Assembly (NCBI RefSeq): GCF_009914755.1
Contig: NC_060931.1
Reading direction: 5' to 3' (one strand)
Origin: the human T2T-CHM13v2.0 reference genome, Homo sapiens
Length of the DNA: 64,000 nucleotides
Within the stretch, counting starts at the first letter, position 1. Each line of letters starts with the position of its first letter. Below are positions 13,576-28,617 of this stretch, piece by piece. The notes beneath the pieces were generated by a model. The model ran no database searches and had not been told where the DNA came from. It was given only the letters and a program-made list of their open reading frames with translations. Position numbers and translations under genes: made by a program.

Positions 13576-15028
13576 AGAAAAAGAGAAAAACTCTGCTCTG
13601 AGAAAATCTTGAATGACAAAAAAGTTAATAAATCACTCAATTTTTCAACTACACTTAGAGAGACCAGGATTCTAAGCTGACTGACCAGAGACCAGTCCTT
13701 GAACCTCTCCAGACTTTATCATATCCACTTGTAAAACAAGAAGGTTGAACAAGATGGTATTTAAGGTCTCGTCTACCATGAACAATTCGGCAAACCTGCC
13801 GGAGACCATCAGCCATCCAGTGTGGCTTACCACCTCCCAACCTAAGTGAACTCACAGCCAAGCAGCACCTTAACTTTTCATGCCAGGGTTCTCAGTTCTC
13901 CTAAGGATGATGGGGGGAGGGATGTGCCACAATAAAACACATCTGCTTCCAGTAATTCCAGTCAGCATATATGCTTTCACCAAACGTAGTCAGGAGATCT
14001 CCTAACATTATTGCCACCTAATTGTAAATGCTAACTAAGGAGCCATCAGAATGGCCCACGATACCTCAAGCTCAACATATCGAAACTGAAATCCATCATT
14101 TTCACTCAAAAGCCCCCTTCTGTGCTCCCACTTAGTTAATGTCATGGCCATCTTCTTCATTATTCAAATTAGAAAACTCAATGTCCTATTTAAAGTTTTA
14201 CTAACCTCCCCATAGGGGATAGACTGTTTTATCTTGATAGAACACTGCATTTTTAATATAAAGAAATGCTATTCTTCCTGTAAGCCATCATACCAGAACA
14301 ATGCCACAGAAAGCATCAATTCCTACTAGTCATAAAAGGCAGCTGGAACATAGATGTGAACATAATGAAATCATACCAAATGTCTCTACCTCCCAGGATG
14401 GCTTTGCTAGTTGAAATCCCTGGATTCTGGATTCAGACAGGCTCATAATTTGACTCCCTCACTCCAGTCCCTCTATCCTGATAACCACCCTCCCTAGTGA
14501 GGCCAAATTTCTACAGATCTGGTCCAGTTACTCCTTTCCTTACAGACCACCATGATTCCCCCTGTGCCTTATAAGACAAAGTACAATCCCAAGCTTGGTA
14601 AGTGATTTACGGCCTAACTTAATTTTCAAGTTTTTTTCCCCTACTCCATACAAGCTTTGCCCCTCACCCACCAGCACCATGTGCCACAGCCTCAGCTATG
14701 TCCAGCTACTGATATTCCCTGGACACCACTACAGTTTCCTAAGACTGACTATGTGTCTGCCTGTTCCGGAATTGCTTCCCCTTCATTGAAATCCTGCCCA
14801 CACAAAATTTTTTTTATCATTTTGCATCTTGATTTATAATATAAAAAATAAGACAGAAGACTTCATTTCCCCAAAAATACCAAAATTTTTACAAGACAAT
14901 TCATTAGGTGCATTGCCTGGAAAGTAGCAGGAATCCTCATTAGTCAGCATCTTCACATAGCATTTGTCTGAATGGAGTAGTTTATCATTACTCCAAAGAC
15001 ATACTGAAGTTTCATTAAAATTTTTTGA

Positions 15029-15398
<370 letters not shown>

Positions 15399-17181
15399 AA
15401 CACTTTCCATATTATTTACTCTATGTGGTAGTTCATGAAACCTTTCCCTTCTAAAAGATGGCCTGTTAAAGTGTCAAAAAGACCAACAACTAGAATTGGC
15501 CTGCCTATGACCATCTGTAAGACAACAGACCCTCTAAGAGAAGAAATCAAAGAAGTTTGAATTCACACATTCTGAGACAGACGGAAGAAAGATATGCTAT
15601 TATTGCTGGATAATGAACACATGGATTTATGAGAAAAGCAGAAATATATATGAAAAATTTAAATTATAATAAGGTTAGAGACTTTCCATCTGCCATTCTA
15701 GGAGCTAACAGTATCTCCATAGGCTTGATATTTTTATAAAAACAAGTGCTTCAAGAAAAGAGTTAACAGTCAGTCAGTGTGTGTTGCTAATGCTGGAGAA
15801 TTGATTCAACTAGGGATGACACTTGGGACCAATTAATTCAAAGCTGGCTTTAAAAAAAAAAAGTAGATACAATAAATCAGGGAGTAGAGCTTCATTTAAA
15901 TATAGTGAGGGACTGGGATAGATTACTTGAAAAAGCTCAGAACCAAAGATTGTCTCAAAAGGCCAAAGACAACTATAAGTAAAACAAGTGCTAGGTTTCT
16001 ATAAGCTATCAAACACTGAAATCAAAACCATGAAAGAAAATACTGGCCAACTGGATGTCAACTGGAAAATTTATACAAAGTTTGTTAATTTGTACTTGTA
16101 TCCCCTCAATCTATAAAAATTTTAAAACATGTTTTAAAGCAACAAGAAATAAAAACAGTTTGTTATAAATGAAAATTTTCAGGAAGTTATCGTTCTCAAG
16201 ATGCATTTTACTGAAATTACAAGACAATTTTTAATAGCAATCAAGTAGGAACCTTGAGGAGAAATGGGGAAACGTAAAGACTTACATGAAATCTTATACG
16301 GGAGTGTGGTCACAGTAAAAATATATCTTCTTTAAAAAGATGTTTCTATTTCTTTTGTATTGCTGTTTTACCTTTAATTTTTTAATTTTTTTTTTTTTTT
16401 TAGTTTAGGTACTTCTCAATTTTTAAGGGGATTGTGCTCTAGAAGTTTCTGATCTAGTTGTTCAGAACCTGAAATGTATTTTAATGTAGACACCGCATTG
16501 TATATAGCACTCACATTCCATAGCTAACCGTAAAGAGCTCTGCTGTTGCTGTAGTTGAGTGTTGATTCAAGGTACACAGGACAGGCTGAGATCTGGGTCC
16601 TGGCTTCTGGAGGCCATGAGATGTAGAATAGAAATGTTGAAGAACAAAAAGAATTGTTTCTTGTATTTCTGAAGGTCAAGCTTGAGCATGACAAACTTCT
16701 CCACAGGGAAAGTTTTTATTTGCCTTTTTGATAGTCAAATCACGGTCCTGCCTCTCCTTTTGTTGGGAGCCTCATTTTGGTGGGTTAGTAAAGGGAACAT
16801 CTCCAACATTCATAGGAGCATTTGTTTAAAGGGCTCCCACGTGGCTTCCAGCCACTTCTCTCCACTCTGAAACTTCTATGAATTAGAGAATCCCCCTAAT
16901 TCATTCAAATATATTACGGCCTATATTTTTTTAATATTACAATGATCTGACACAGTTGGGTATTGAAAATAGAGTAAAACCATTACACCACAATTATCCC
17001 TTCATCCCTGATGAACATCCTCTTGTCCATTTTTTTAATCATACGAATAAATGAAAAAAATGTGATAAGGTCATAAGAGAGTTAGGAACATTATGTAATC
17101 TTCTTTAAAAATAAGATAAGCTGCTCTACCCAGTAAAACCCTAGGTTTCTGCAGCCATATGACAGTCTGATATGCATGCTA

Positions 17182-17780
<599 letters not shown>

Positions 17781-19568
17781 GAAAGAAACCTTCTGTGAAT
17801 GGTTAGTGGTCTCTTTTACAGGTACTATGACACCAAAAAGGAGTAAACTTTAAAGACACCAAGGTAAGTTTCCAGGAGATGCAGCATTTGATTTGCATTG
17901 AAGGATGACAGGCAAAAATGAGATAAGGGCATTTTTCTGGAGAGAAAACAGCATAGGCAAATGCAGGTGGGGGAGGAAGACCGTGCAACATAGAAGCAAT
18001 TGAAAGGAATAAAGCCGAAGCCCAAGGACCACTTCAAAGATACCTCTCTCTAGAGAAATGACCCACCGCCTATCTGTTAAGAGTTTGACAAATGAAATCT
18101 GGCTGAACCTCAGGCCTTGTCGGAAATTAGTCATTTTGCTTGCCTTTGCGGATGGTGTTAAAATGATCAAATTTGGTTTTCTGCATCTCTGAGTTTGATT
18201 CCTCTGATGAGAACTGATGCGAATGCCAACTGACTTTTTATGAAGAGTGGTTGATATTTAGTATTCTACAGAGTCTTTCTGGGTAAGTGTAACCAGAGCC
18301 AGTGAATAATAGAAGCAGTGTATATCTGTCAAGTGTAATTATAACACTGAATTATGCTCATCCTGCATTCCGGTTCCTGTATACATTAGTTTAAACATCA
18401 GAACATGCTGGCATTTCAGACCTGTGAGGATTTTACTTTGAAAAATAGCATGCCCTTGTTTTTAGCCATTTTTAACAGGAAAAAAGAACTTATATCTTGT
18501 TCAAAATTATTTTATGGTAAAGTTTGACCACTCTGTTTTTTAAAAAAATCTTCTCAAGTTTCTAAAAATAGGGAAGAAATGAGGAATATTTCAGTCTAGT
18601 TTTAAATGCCCTCTAATTTTCTGTATTTAAATAAAATCGTATACAATAAAATAATATCTTATTTTGATAAACTGAACTTTCTGATTAAATAGTTGTTAAA
18701 GTTACAGAATAGAGTTGCTTATAAAGTCACCAATCTTTGCCAGAGAAAGTGGAAATTATCAGATTGTAACTTTAAAATTATGCAAGTATTGTTTATCGTT
18801 GAATGATTTAAAAATTCAGAGCAGCAAAAAGGACAAAACAAAAATTCAGCTATAATCCCATATTCCAATATATTTAAATTATCATTTTGGTGTCTATATT
18901 TCTAAACATTTTTCTATGCATTTATATATACTTTTTTTTTACAAAAATGAGATCATAGGGTACATACTGTTTTGTAACCTACTTTTTTATGTAATAATAT
19001 TTTAAGAACACATTTTCATGTCATTTTTCTTAAGACTCCATAACAATATTTTTTTTTCAACTGAGAACAAGGACCATACCAGAATCTCCAAGAGGGCATG
19101 TGTAGTTTGAAAACTTATAATTTTATATTTAGAAAGAAAACCCAAAAATAGCTATTGTTTTGGTAATATAACCTACAGAATATAAAGCATAGAAATTTCC
19201 AATTGGCTGGTCGGATGTTTATCTGGGATCTTCTGAGGTTTGTTATATTACCATTAGCCTCCTACATGGGGCATGATTAGATTACTATGTCAACAAATGG
19301 GAGCACAGATTTTGAAAGATTGTGAAATACAGTGCCTCAACTGCCAAGCATTCCATTTAACCCACAGTCCCTTGCTGTTGGGCTTAACTTTTGAAAGATA
19401 AATTTCCACACATTCTGATCCACTGGCTTCTGGTTGCTCATTCCCAATCATAACATATGATAGCATACTATCTATTTTAAGTATGTGATATGCGATTGCT
19501 TTTTATCACATACTCACATATCACAGCCTCAAGCTGCAGGGCAGCTCAAATGATGAAAGTGGAAGACA

Positions 19569-19835
19569 GGCCGGGTGCGGTGGCTCATGCCTGTAATCCC
19601 AGCACTTTGAGAGGCCGAGGCAGGTGGATCACCTGAGGTCAGGAGCTCCAGAAAAACCTGGTCAACATGGCAAAACCCTGTCTCCACTAAAAATTGAAAA
19701 AATAGCTGGGTGTGGTGGCAGGTGCGTGTAATCCCAGCTACTCGGGAGGCTGAGGCAGGAGAATAGTTTGAACCTGGGAGGGGGAGGTTGCAGTGAGCCA
19801 AGATAGTGCCACTGCACTCCAGCCTGGGTGGCTGA
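19569..19835 (+). mobile_element. AluSx-like
   Basis: ggccgggtgcggtggctc...gatcacctgaggtcagg. Confidence 0.94.
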
Positions 19836-20185
19836 GTGAGAAGAAGAGAAGAGAGCAGAGGGGAGGGGAGGGGGGGAAGGGAGGGATGGGGAAGGAAGGA
19901 GGGAGGGAGGGAGGAAACAAGGAAACCACACTGGAAGGAGGAAGGAAGGAAACAAACCACATTGGGAAGAGAGGGAGGAAGGAAGGAAGGAAGGAAGGAA
20001 GGAAGGAAGGAAGGAAGGAAGGGAGGGAGGGAGGGAGGGAGGGGAAGGGAAGGGAGGGGAAGGGAGAGGGAGGGGGAGGTGGAAGGAATGGAGGGAACGG
20101 AGGGAGGAAGGGAGGGAAGGGAGGGAGGGAGGAAGGAAAGAAGGAAGGAAAGAAATAAACAAACAAGGAAACCACATTGGGAAAT
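19836..20185 (+). repeat. ~350-bp polypurine tract with (GGAA)11 at 19977-20020 and (GGGA)n
   Basis: Read directly from the sequence. Confidence 0.93.
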
Positions 20186-20209
20186 CCAAGCAAAGATGGG
20201 CTCAGCAGG

Positions 20210-20606
20210 TCACATGGTTTGGATATTTGTCCCTCCAAATTTCATGTTGAAGTGTGACTCCCGATGTTGGAGGTGGGAACCTAGTGGACAGTATTTGGGT
20301 CATGGGGGCGGATCCTTCATGAATGGCTTGGTGCTCTTCCCATGGTAATGAGTTCATATGAGATCTGGTTGTTTTAAAGAGCTTGGCACCTCCTCCTCCT
20401 CTCTCTCGCTTCCTCTCTTGCCATGTGATGTGCTGCTGTTCCTTCACCTTCCGTCATGAGCATAAGCTTCTGAGGCCCTCTCTAGAAGTCGATGCCAGCA
20501 CTATGCTCATATAGCCTGCAGAGCCAAGAGTCAAATAAACCTCTTTTCTTTATAAATTACCCAGCCCTAAGTATTTCTTTATAGCAAGGCAAAATGGACT
20601 AGAACA
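20210..20606 (+). mobile_element. MaLR solo LTR, MSTB-like
   Basis: atggtttggatatttgtccctccaaatttcatgttgaa...aataaacctcttttctttataaattacccag...aatggactagaaca. Confidence 0.88.
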
Positions 20607-21343
20607 GCTGGATAGTACTGCTAACCGATGACCCTATCCCCAAAGCTGTTTCCATTCATTCTCTTTGTTGAGAGTATGTCAAACCATCCCAGGATGGAGG
20701 CTGGAGATGAGTTTAACCCCACCTGCAACTGTTCTCTCGATGGAGCTACTCTACAGAAAAATCATGTTCCATTAGTTCACTAAATCGTAACAAAAGTAAA
20801 TGTACTTGTTTGAACATTGTACAAACTAGTCCTAAAAGGGTTCTCACGTATTTTATATGCGCAGTCTTTAGGGAGGCAAAAATGTTTTATGCAATCTATA
20901 CAAGAAAGTTATATTTTCAGCTGTTATCCAAAACAAAGGAAGCGTACTCTGTGAAAAATTGGTATTATTGTTTAACAATATCCATTTCCAGAGGAATGCT
21001 TTTCTTAAGTAGAAGTTGGCTGACACAACCATAAGGGATGCTGTGAAGTGATTTCTGTCATTTTTCATACATGGAAACATATGAACTCAAGGGTCTACTA
21101 ACTCTTCTACAACTTTAAAGGAGCACTTATCCTGGGATACTTTCAAACCTGAGATTCTGAGATTCTATATTTTTAATGTTCAACCCTTAGTTTCCTCATT
21201 TCTAATATTCATTACTAAGTAGACGATAAAGATCAAGTTAAGCATAGCTTCAGAAAAACTAATAAAATAATTTAAATTGGTTATGCATCTCTTGTGACGA
21301 TTCTAAGGCAAAAGGCACTTTTATAGAAGTCTTTCACACTTTA

Positions 21344-22054
<711 letters not shown>

Positions 22055-23520
22055 CTATCGGCAGAGTCACAAGTCAGTCCACAGAAACCAGAAAACAGAC
22101 GTCCCCTTGGCTGCTTTCCTTCTGATAGACTTATCTAAAGCTCTCACTAGCAAGCATGCTCCTTCCAAAGCCATAGCCTTTCATCCTCAGAGTTCATCTT
22201 TGGCTTTTCCTCATTATCAGTGTCCCTATCAAGATAGCCATGCATAGCACAGTTATTTAGAAGGCACAATTAATTGACTTGTATGCTGTCTCCTTGTAAG
22301 CTTCAGCTTGGTCTGTGTTGAAACTTGTCAGCTTTTCCCCCAATTCATGTTGTTTCAACCTGCAGTTTTATTACCTCCTTTGGATGCCAAATTCTCCTTT
22401 CTCCTTGCACTCTCCAAAGCCATGTATTTTGATGAACTGGCTCTCTCTGACATCACCTCAAACCAACTTAATAAATCACCCCTAGTCTTCTACCAAAGCA
22501 CATTTCCTTAAATGAGTTTTCTCATTTTGCCGCACAACCTGAATATGGTCGGAAGAAACACTTCTTTGAAGTCCATCCCCTCCTCAATCTGCTCTCCTCT
22601 TCATCTCTAGGGGATCCTTAGGTATGAGTTTCAGAGTTTCTCTAAAGCAGCTTCTGGGTTTCCCTTTATTACAACACTCTATCCCCAGAGTAACCATCTG
22701 GGACCTTTATCTATTCTTCCAAAATGGGTACTGTCTGCCCAATGAACAGCTGTGCTCTTTCCAAACAAGAGGGTATTTAAAACCCAACTGCAAGTCCTAC
22801 ATGGGGTACAGGGGATTGTTGCCAGCCACATATCATTTTGGAACTATTTTTGCCTTCTTTCTTTTTAAATCATATAGGCCTATTAATATTCAAGGAGTTA
22901 TTCTCAAAAGGTGGTTAAATGCATAGAAAAACTAAAATTAGAAGAGCTTTGCATTTTAAAGACAGCTTTCTGTTTTTGTATGGCCAATGGTATCTCCCTT
23001 TTGCTTCCTTTTCTCTGTGGATGTCTTTGTTTGTGAAGTTATTTTTTAACCATAATAAAAAGCTTAAAGGCCAAAATACATAAAGAGAAATACTTCTTAT
23101 ACTCAAGAGGTTATCGAGATACCAGAGATTTTAAAATGAGTTCGTAACATTGATTCCTAAGCTCCAGGCATTTCCTTGAAGAATTTCCAGAAGACTTCAA
23201 ATAAATTTTTCTTGCCAATGTTCATTTTCAGATGTGTTTAACACCAAGTTTTCTGGTGTGAATATGCATATATGACTCTAAAAATCTCTACATTCAGAAA
23301 CTAAAACTATACTAAAAGAAAAATAGGTCATTTTTTATTTCCTTCATAATATGACAGGCAATACAGTAGTTAGGAAAACTAAAGCTCTATATCTAGTCAT
23401 TACTGGATTTTAGTGTCTCTCAGCCTCAGTTTCCTGACTAATCAGTGAGGGTGGGCTCAGGGGTCGAAGTCTATTCACTGAAGCTTTTAGGTCTTAACAT
23501 TATTGGATTCAATCACATAC

Positions 23521-23828
23521 TTCTTTTTTTTGAGACAGAGTCTCACACTGTTGCCTGGTCTGGAGTGCAGTGGCGTGATCTCGGCTCACTGCAACCTCTG
23601 GCTCACTGCAACCTCCGCCTCCTGGGTCAAGTGATTCTCCTGCCTCAGCCTCCCGAGTAGCTGGGATTACAGGCACCCTCTATCATGCCCAGCTAATTTT
23701 TTGTATTTCTAGTAGAGATGGGGTTTCACTATGTTGGCCAGGCTGGTCTCAAACTCCTGACCTCATAAGCCACCCGCCTCGGCCTCCCAAAGTGCTGGGA
23801 TTACAGGCATGAGCCATCGTGCTCAGCC
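23521..23828 (-). mobile_element. AluS with an internal 17-bp tandem duplication
   Basis: ggctcactgcaacctc(t/c) twice; 16-bp TSD tcaatcacatacttct at 23509-23524 and 23829-23844. Confidence 0.94.
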
Positions 23829-23869
23829 TCAATCACATACTTCTAAGCTGATGTGATTGTTTCTGTTTT

Positions 23870-24910
<1,041 letters not shown>

Positions 24911-24989
24911 GTTCTGAAAATCTCTCTGTTGAGGACAAGAAAGCAAAGATTCCTAGGACTTACTACTAGAAGGAAACCTGAAACTCCTA

Positions 24990-25172
24990 ATGTTTCTTAA
25001 AGTAAGATTCCAGGACCACTTGCGTCAGAATCACCTGGCATTAACAAAATGCAGACTCCAAAGCCCCACCCCAAACCTACTGAATCAGATTCTCTGTAAC
25101 AGAAGCATTGGAATATGCATTTTAAGCATTTTCCTTTAGCAGTTTTTTATGTAGGCCAAAACTTGAGAATTG
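24990..25172. mobile_element. MER5A-like hAT DNA transposon fragment
   Basis: tcagaatcacctgg...aaaatgcagactcc...gccccaccccaaacctactgaatcagattctctg. Confidence 0.75.
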
Positions 25173-25534
25173 TAATTAAGATCCAAGGTCCCTGTTCCTA
25201 CAAGTAGAGTGAAACTAGCATGCAATAAAGCAAAGGGAGAAAATTCTGCTTCTTATTCCACTGGTGAGTTTATCTTGGGCAAGCCATTAGTCCTCAAACA
25301 TCATATGTTTGAAAATAACGTTTAGCTACATTTGTTTTAAACAGACATAACTAATGTAGCATGCTCTTAGACTGAGAAAATATTCATTGAGTTACTTTGT
25401 GCTCTTGGGAAAGATGCTTGTGGAATACAAGATGGAACTCCATCTAGTTCGGCTGGCCTTGGGAAAATGAGTGGATTTCTCTTTTCAGAGTATCCATGTG
25501 ATCACTGTTGCCTTCCTAGGCAGGAGTAGTTTCT

Positions 25535-26080
25535 ATTCATCCTTTCATTCATTCACAAATTGGTATCTACTGTGTGGCAGGCAATGTTCTCAGTGCTGAG
25601 GAGAGAACAATGAACAAAACAGAAAATGCCTCTGCCTTCCTGAGGCCAGGACCACATATATATTATTCCAGATAGTGATACATGCTATGCAGACTTTTTA
25701 AAAATCAGGATTAAAGGGGAAAGGACAGCTGAGAGCGAAGTTTGTTATTTAACATAGAATGTTTAGGGATGGAGTTTCTAATATGATGACTTGTGAGCAG
25801 AGAAGTAAACGCTCAGCCACAGAGTTATTTGGGTAAAGTGAACAGCAAGTTCTAAGGCCCTGGGGCAGGAGCAGTTTCAAATGTTGTGAAGGAGAAAGTC
25901 CTATGTGGTGGAATTAGAGGAAGACTAAGAGGAGTGGAAATAGATATGGGGAGTACAGACATCTCTTTCAAGGAATTTGGAAACAAAAGGGTGCATAGAA
26001 ATGAAATGGTAACTTTTGGGATAGATAAGGTCAAAAGAAAGGTTTTATAGTGCCAGTGGTTGTTAAGAGTAGAGATATGT

Positions 26081-26125
<45 letters not shown>

Positions 26126-26240
26126 TATAACAACCCAGTTGTAGAGGGAGGGGAGAATTGTCAGAGTGGTGTCCTTGAGCTGGTAGGAAGGATGGCATCC
26201 CGTGTATAGGTGCAGCAGTTGGCCTTGAATTAGGAACATA
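25535..26240. mobile_element. L2 fragments
   Basis: ttcattcattcacaaattggtatctactgtgtggcaggcaatgttct...; tctttcaaggaatttgg. Confidence 0.55.
26084..26121. repeat. (TG)19
   Basis: Read directly from the sequence. Confidence 0.96.
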
Positions 26241-26824
26241 GATGAACTCTTTACTTCTTTCTCCTTATCTCTCTGATTCCCATGGCGACCTTATTTTCAG
26301 CCTTCCTGCCTCTTCTCATGACCCTTTCGTGTTAAATAAATCCTTTTATCTTCTGATGTACAGTTAGTACTTCATTCAGAAAAAAAATACAGGAAACAAA
26401 AAAAGATATTGATAACACTGTTCACCATAGAGTGAGGCTGAAATATCTGTTCTACCAATTACCAGTTTTGTTGTATGACTCAAATGAGATTTATTGTACA
26501 GAAGATCCCCCAGGAAGCTGCCACCCCTCGAACCTTATTTTAGAATGGAAAAAACGTATCATTACCAAAACTAAACAGTGTTAGCTGGTCTGCCCATCAT
26601 GCTCATGCTATATAACTTTCCTTCTCTTTTCTCTTATCCTGTTCTGTACTGAATGGCCAAATTTTTTCTGCTACTTCAACTGAAACTGTGGTCTAATATC
26701 TAAATGCTCCCTCACCTGCTGAGAAAACTTAGAGCCAAAAACACCTGGTATTGGTCAGTTGTTAAATTTATCGCTCAATATACTAAGCTTGGAGTGATTT
26801 GTTGAGTTAGAATGAGAGCAAATA

Positions 26825-26838
26825 GTGCCACCTGCTGG
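26825..26838 (-). promoter_or_regulatory. Candidate CTCF site
   Basis: Minus strand CCAGCAGGTGGCAC matches the core CCASYAGRKGGCRS at every position, in unique sequence. Confidence 0.6.
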
Positions 26839-27266
26839 AATTACACTTGGAAGGGGAAGCGTGAACATGCCAAGAGCTCTCCATGGTTTTGTCCCAATCA
26901 TTACTTTAAGCCTTTCAGATGAAGTCATGAGCCTGCTTTATTAGAAAGTAATTTCTTCCACCTATATTCTTTTCTGATGGCAATATGCCACCTTATGTAT
27001 TTCTCTTTTAGTATTTCTCTTTTCTCCCTGTAATGATTCAGTATCTAAAATTACCATTAAGACCAGCTGTATTTCATTTTATTTCTCTTAGAATCTCTTG
27101 AAAAATTATAGAATGTTGCCATTTGAAAGAACCTTAGAGGTTCTCCGTAGTTTCAAACACATTTTGGACACAGGAACTTTTGGGAAACTATGGATATAAT
27201 CCTCACTTTGGACCTCAAACTGAGGCCTGAAGCGTGAAAAGTGAAAAGACCAAACAGCTGAGGCTC

Positions 27267-27960
27267 TATATCAGTTAAGATGCTTTCAGTTACAATAAAA
27301 ATGGCTTGAGCAATAACATAACAGCATATCTCACATAAGAAATCCTAAGGTAGATGGCTCTGGGATTAATTTAAAAGTTGAGTAGACCAGGTGTGGTGGC
27401 TCATGCCTGTAATCCTAGCACACTGGGAGTCTGAGATGGGTGGATAGCTTGAGCCCACGATTTCGAGATGAGCCTGGGCAACATGGCAAAACCCCATCTC
27501 TACAAAAAATACAAAAATTATCTAGGTGTGGTGGTGTACTCCTGTAGTCTCAGCTACTTGAGAGGCTGAGGTGGGAGAATCATCTGAGCCCAGGAGGTCA
27601 AGGCTGCAGTCAGCTATGATCACACTGCCACACTGCAGCCTGGGTGACAGAACAAGACCCTGTCTCAAAAAATACAAATAAAGAATTTTTAAAAGTTGAA
27701 CAATGTCAGCCATGACCCAGGCTCATCCTCTGTCCTCTCTGTCCTCTGTATCTCTGACATTTGTGAGGCAGCTCCAGCAACATTAAGAACCACAGCTTCC
27801 CACCCAATATTAAGGGGCAGAAAAGGGACTGTCTTTTCCTTATAACTCACCAAAAGACTCCACTCATGTTTCATTGGCTAGAAGGGAATTATGTGTCTCA
27901 TCCAAAGTGGGTAGCTGGCAAGGAGCCTGGAATTGCCATCTTTGCCTTCATTAAATCCAG
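27267..27960. mobile_element. Old MLT1-type LTR split by an AluJ
   Basis: tatcagttaagatgctttcagttaca...aatggcttgagcaata...; tcattggctagaaggg...gcaaggagcctggaa. Confidence 0.5.
27387..27683 (+). mobile_element. AluJ-like
   Basis: gcttgagccc, ggtcaaggctgcag; TSD ttaaaagttga. Confidence 0.92.
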
Positions 27961-28078
27961 ATCCATCCTGTGGGCCTTGGGTAGGGCTGTCCTTATGCAA
28001 AGTGCAAGACTCTGGAAACACAGAGATTCCAGGGCAAAATCCGGTTAGCTCACAAAGAAAAAAGGGAAAGTGACTAAT

Positions 28079-28617
28079 TATTGGGAGAAAAATCTCCATG
28101 GGTCTCTTCCACTTTTGCCTGCCTTCTGAGCAAGAAGCATTGACAGCTTTGTTTATACCTTTTTTAAGGATGTGTGTATAGCTAACAGCCTTGGAAGATA
28201 CAGATAGTGTCTTCCTCTGGGACAGAGGGTAGATTTATTTCATGGCCAGAGTAAGAAATATAATGTCACTCTCCGGGGCAGAAATTGAGCAAGTTTGCTA
28301 GTAGCTACTGTAAAAAGATTGGGGTTTCCTAAGTCCAGGGTCCCTCAGCTGTGAAGCAAACTTATTGCATGTGCAGCATCCACCTGGGATGCCCTGCATT
28401 CCCCTGCAAGGGAAAGCAATGTGAACGGGAAGCTCAGGCTGCCTGCTGTGTTGTGAGTAAAGAAGTCCTTTGTCTCTGACCCAGGAGTTTCATGTCTTCT
28501 GCCAGCATCATCAGACTGTGGCCATGTTAAACTATGGTTCTGCCAGCATCATCAAACCATGGCTAACTTGTTAGCCTGCAAGTGGGGTAAAGTCTCAGAC
28601 CCTTCCCAGTTCTTGAT
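28079..28617 (+). mobile_element. ERVL-class solo LTR (LTR40-like)
   Basis: ttgggagaaaaatctccatgggtctct...aacagccttggaagatacagatagtgtc...tgtctctgacccaggag...ggtaaagtctcagaccctt...ttga; family assigned from memory. Confidence 0.6.
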
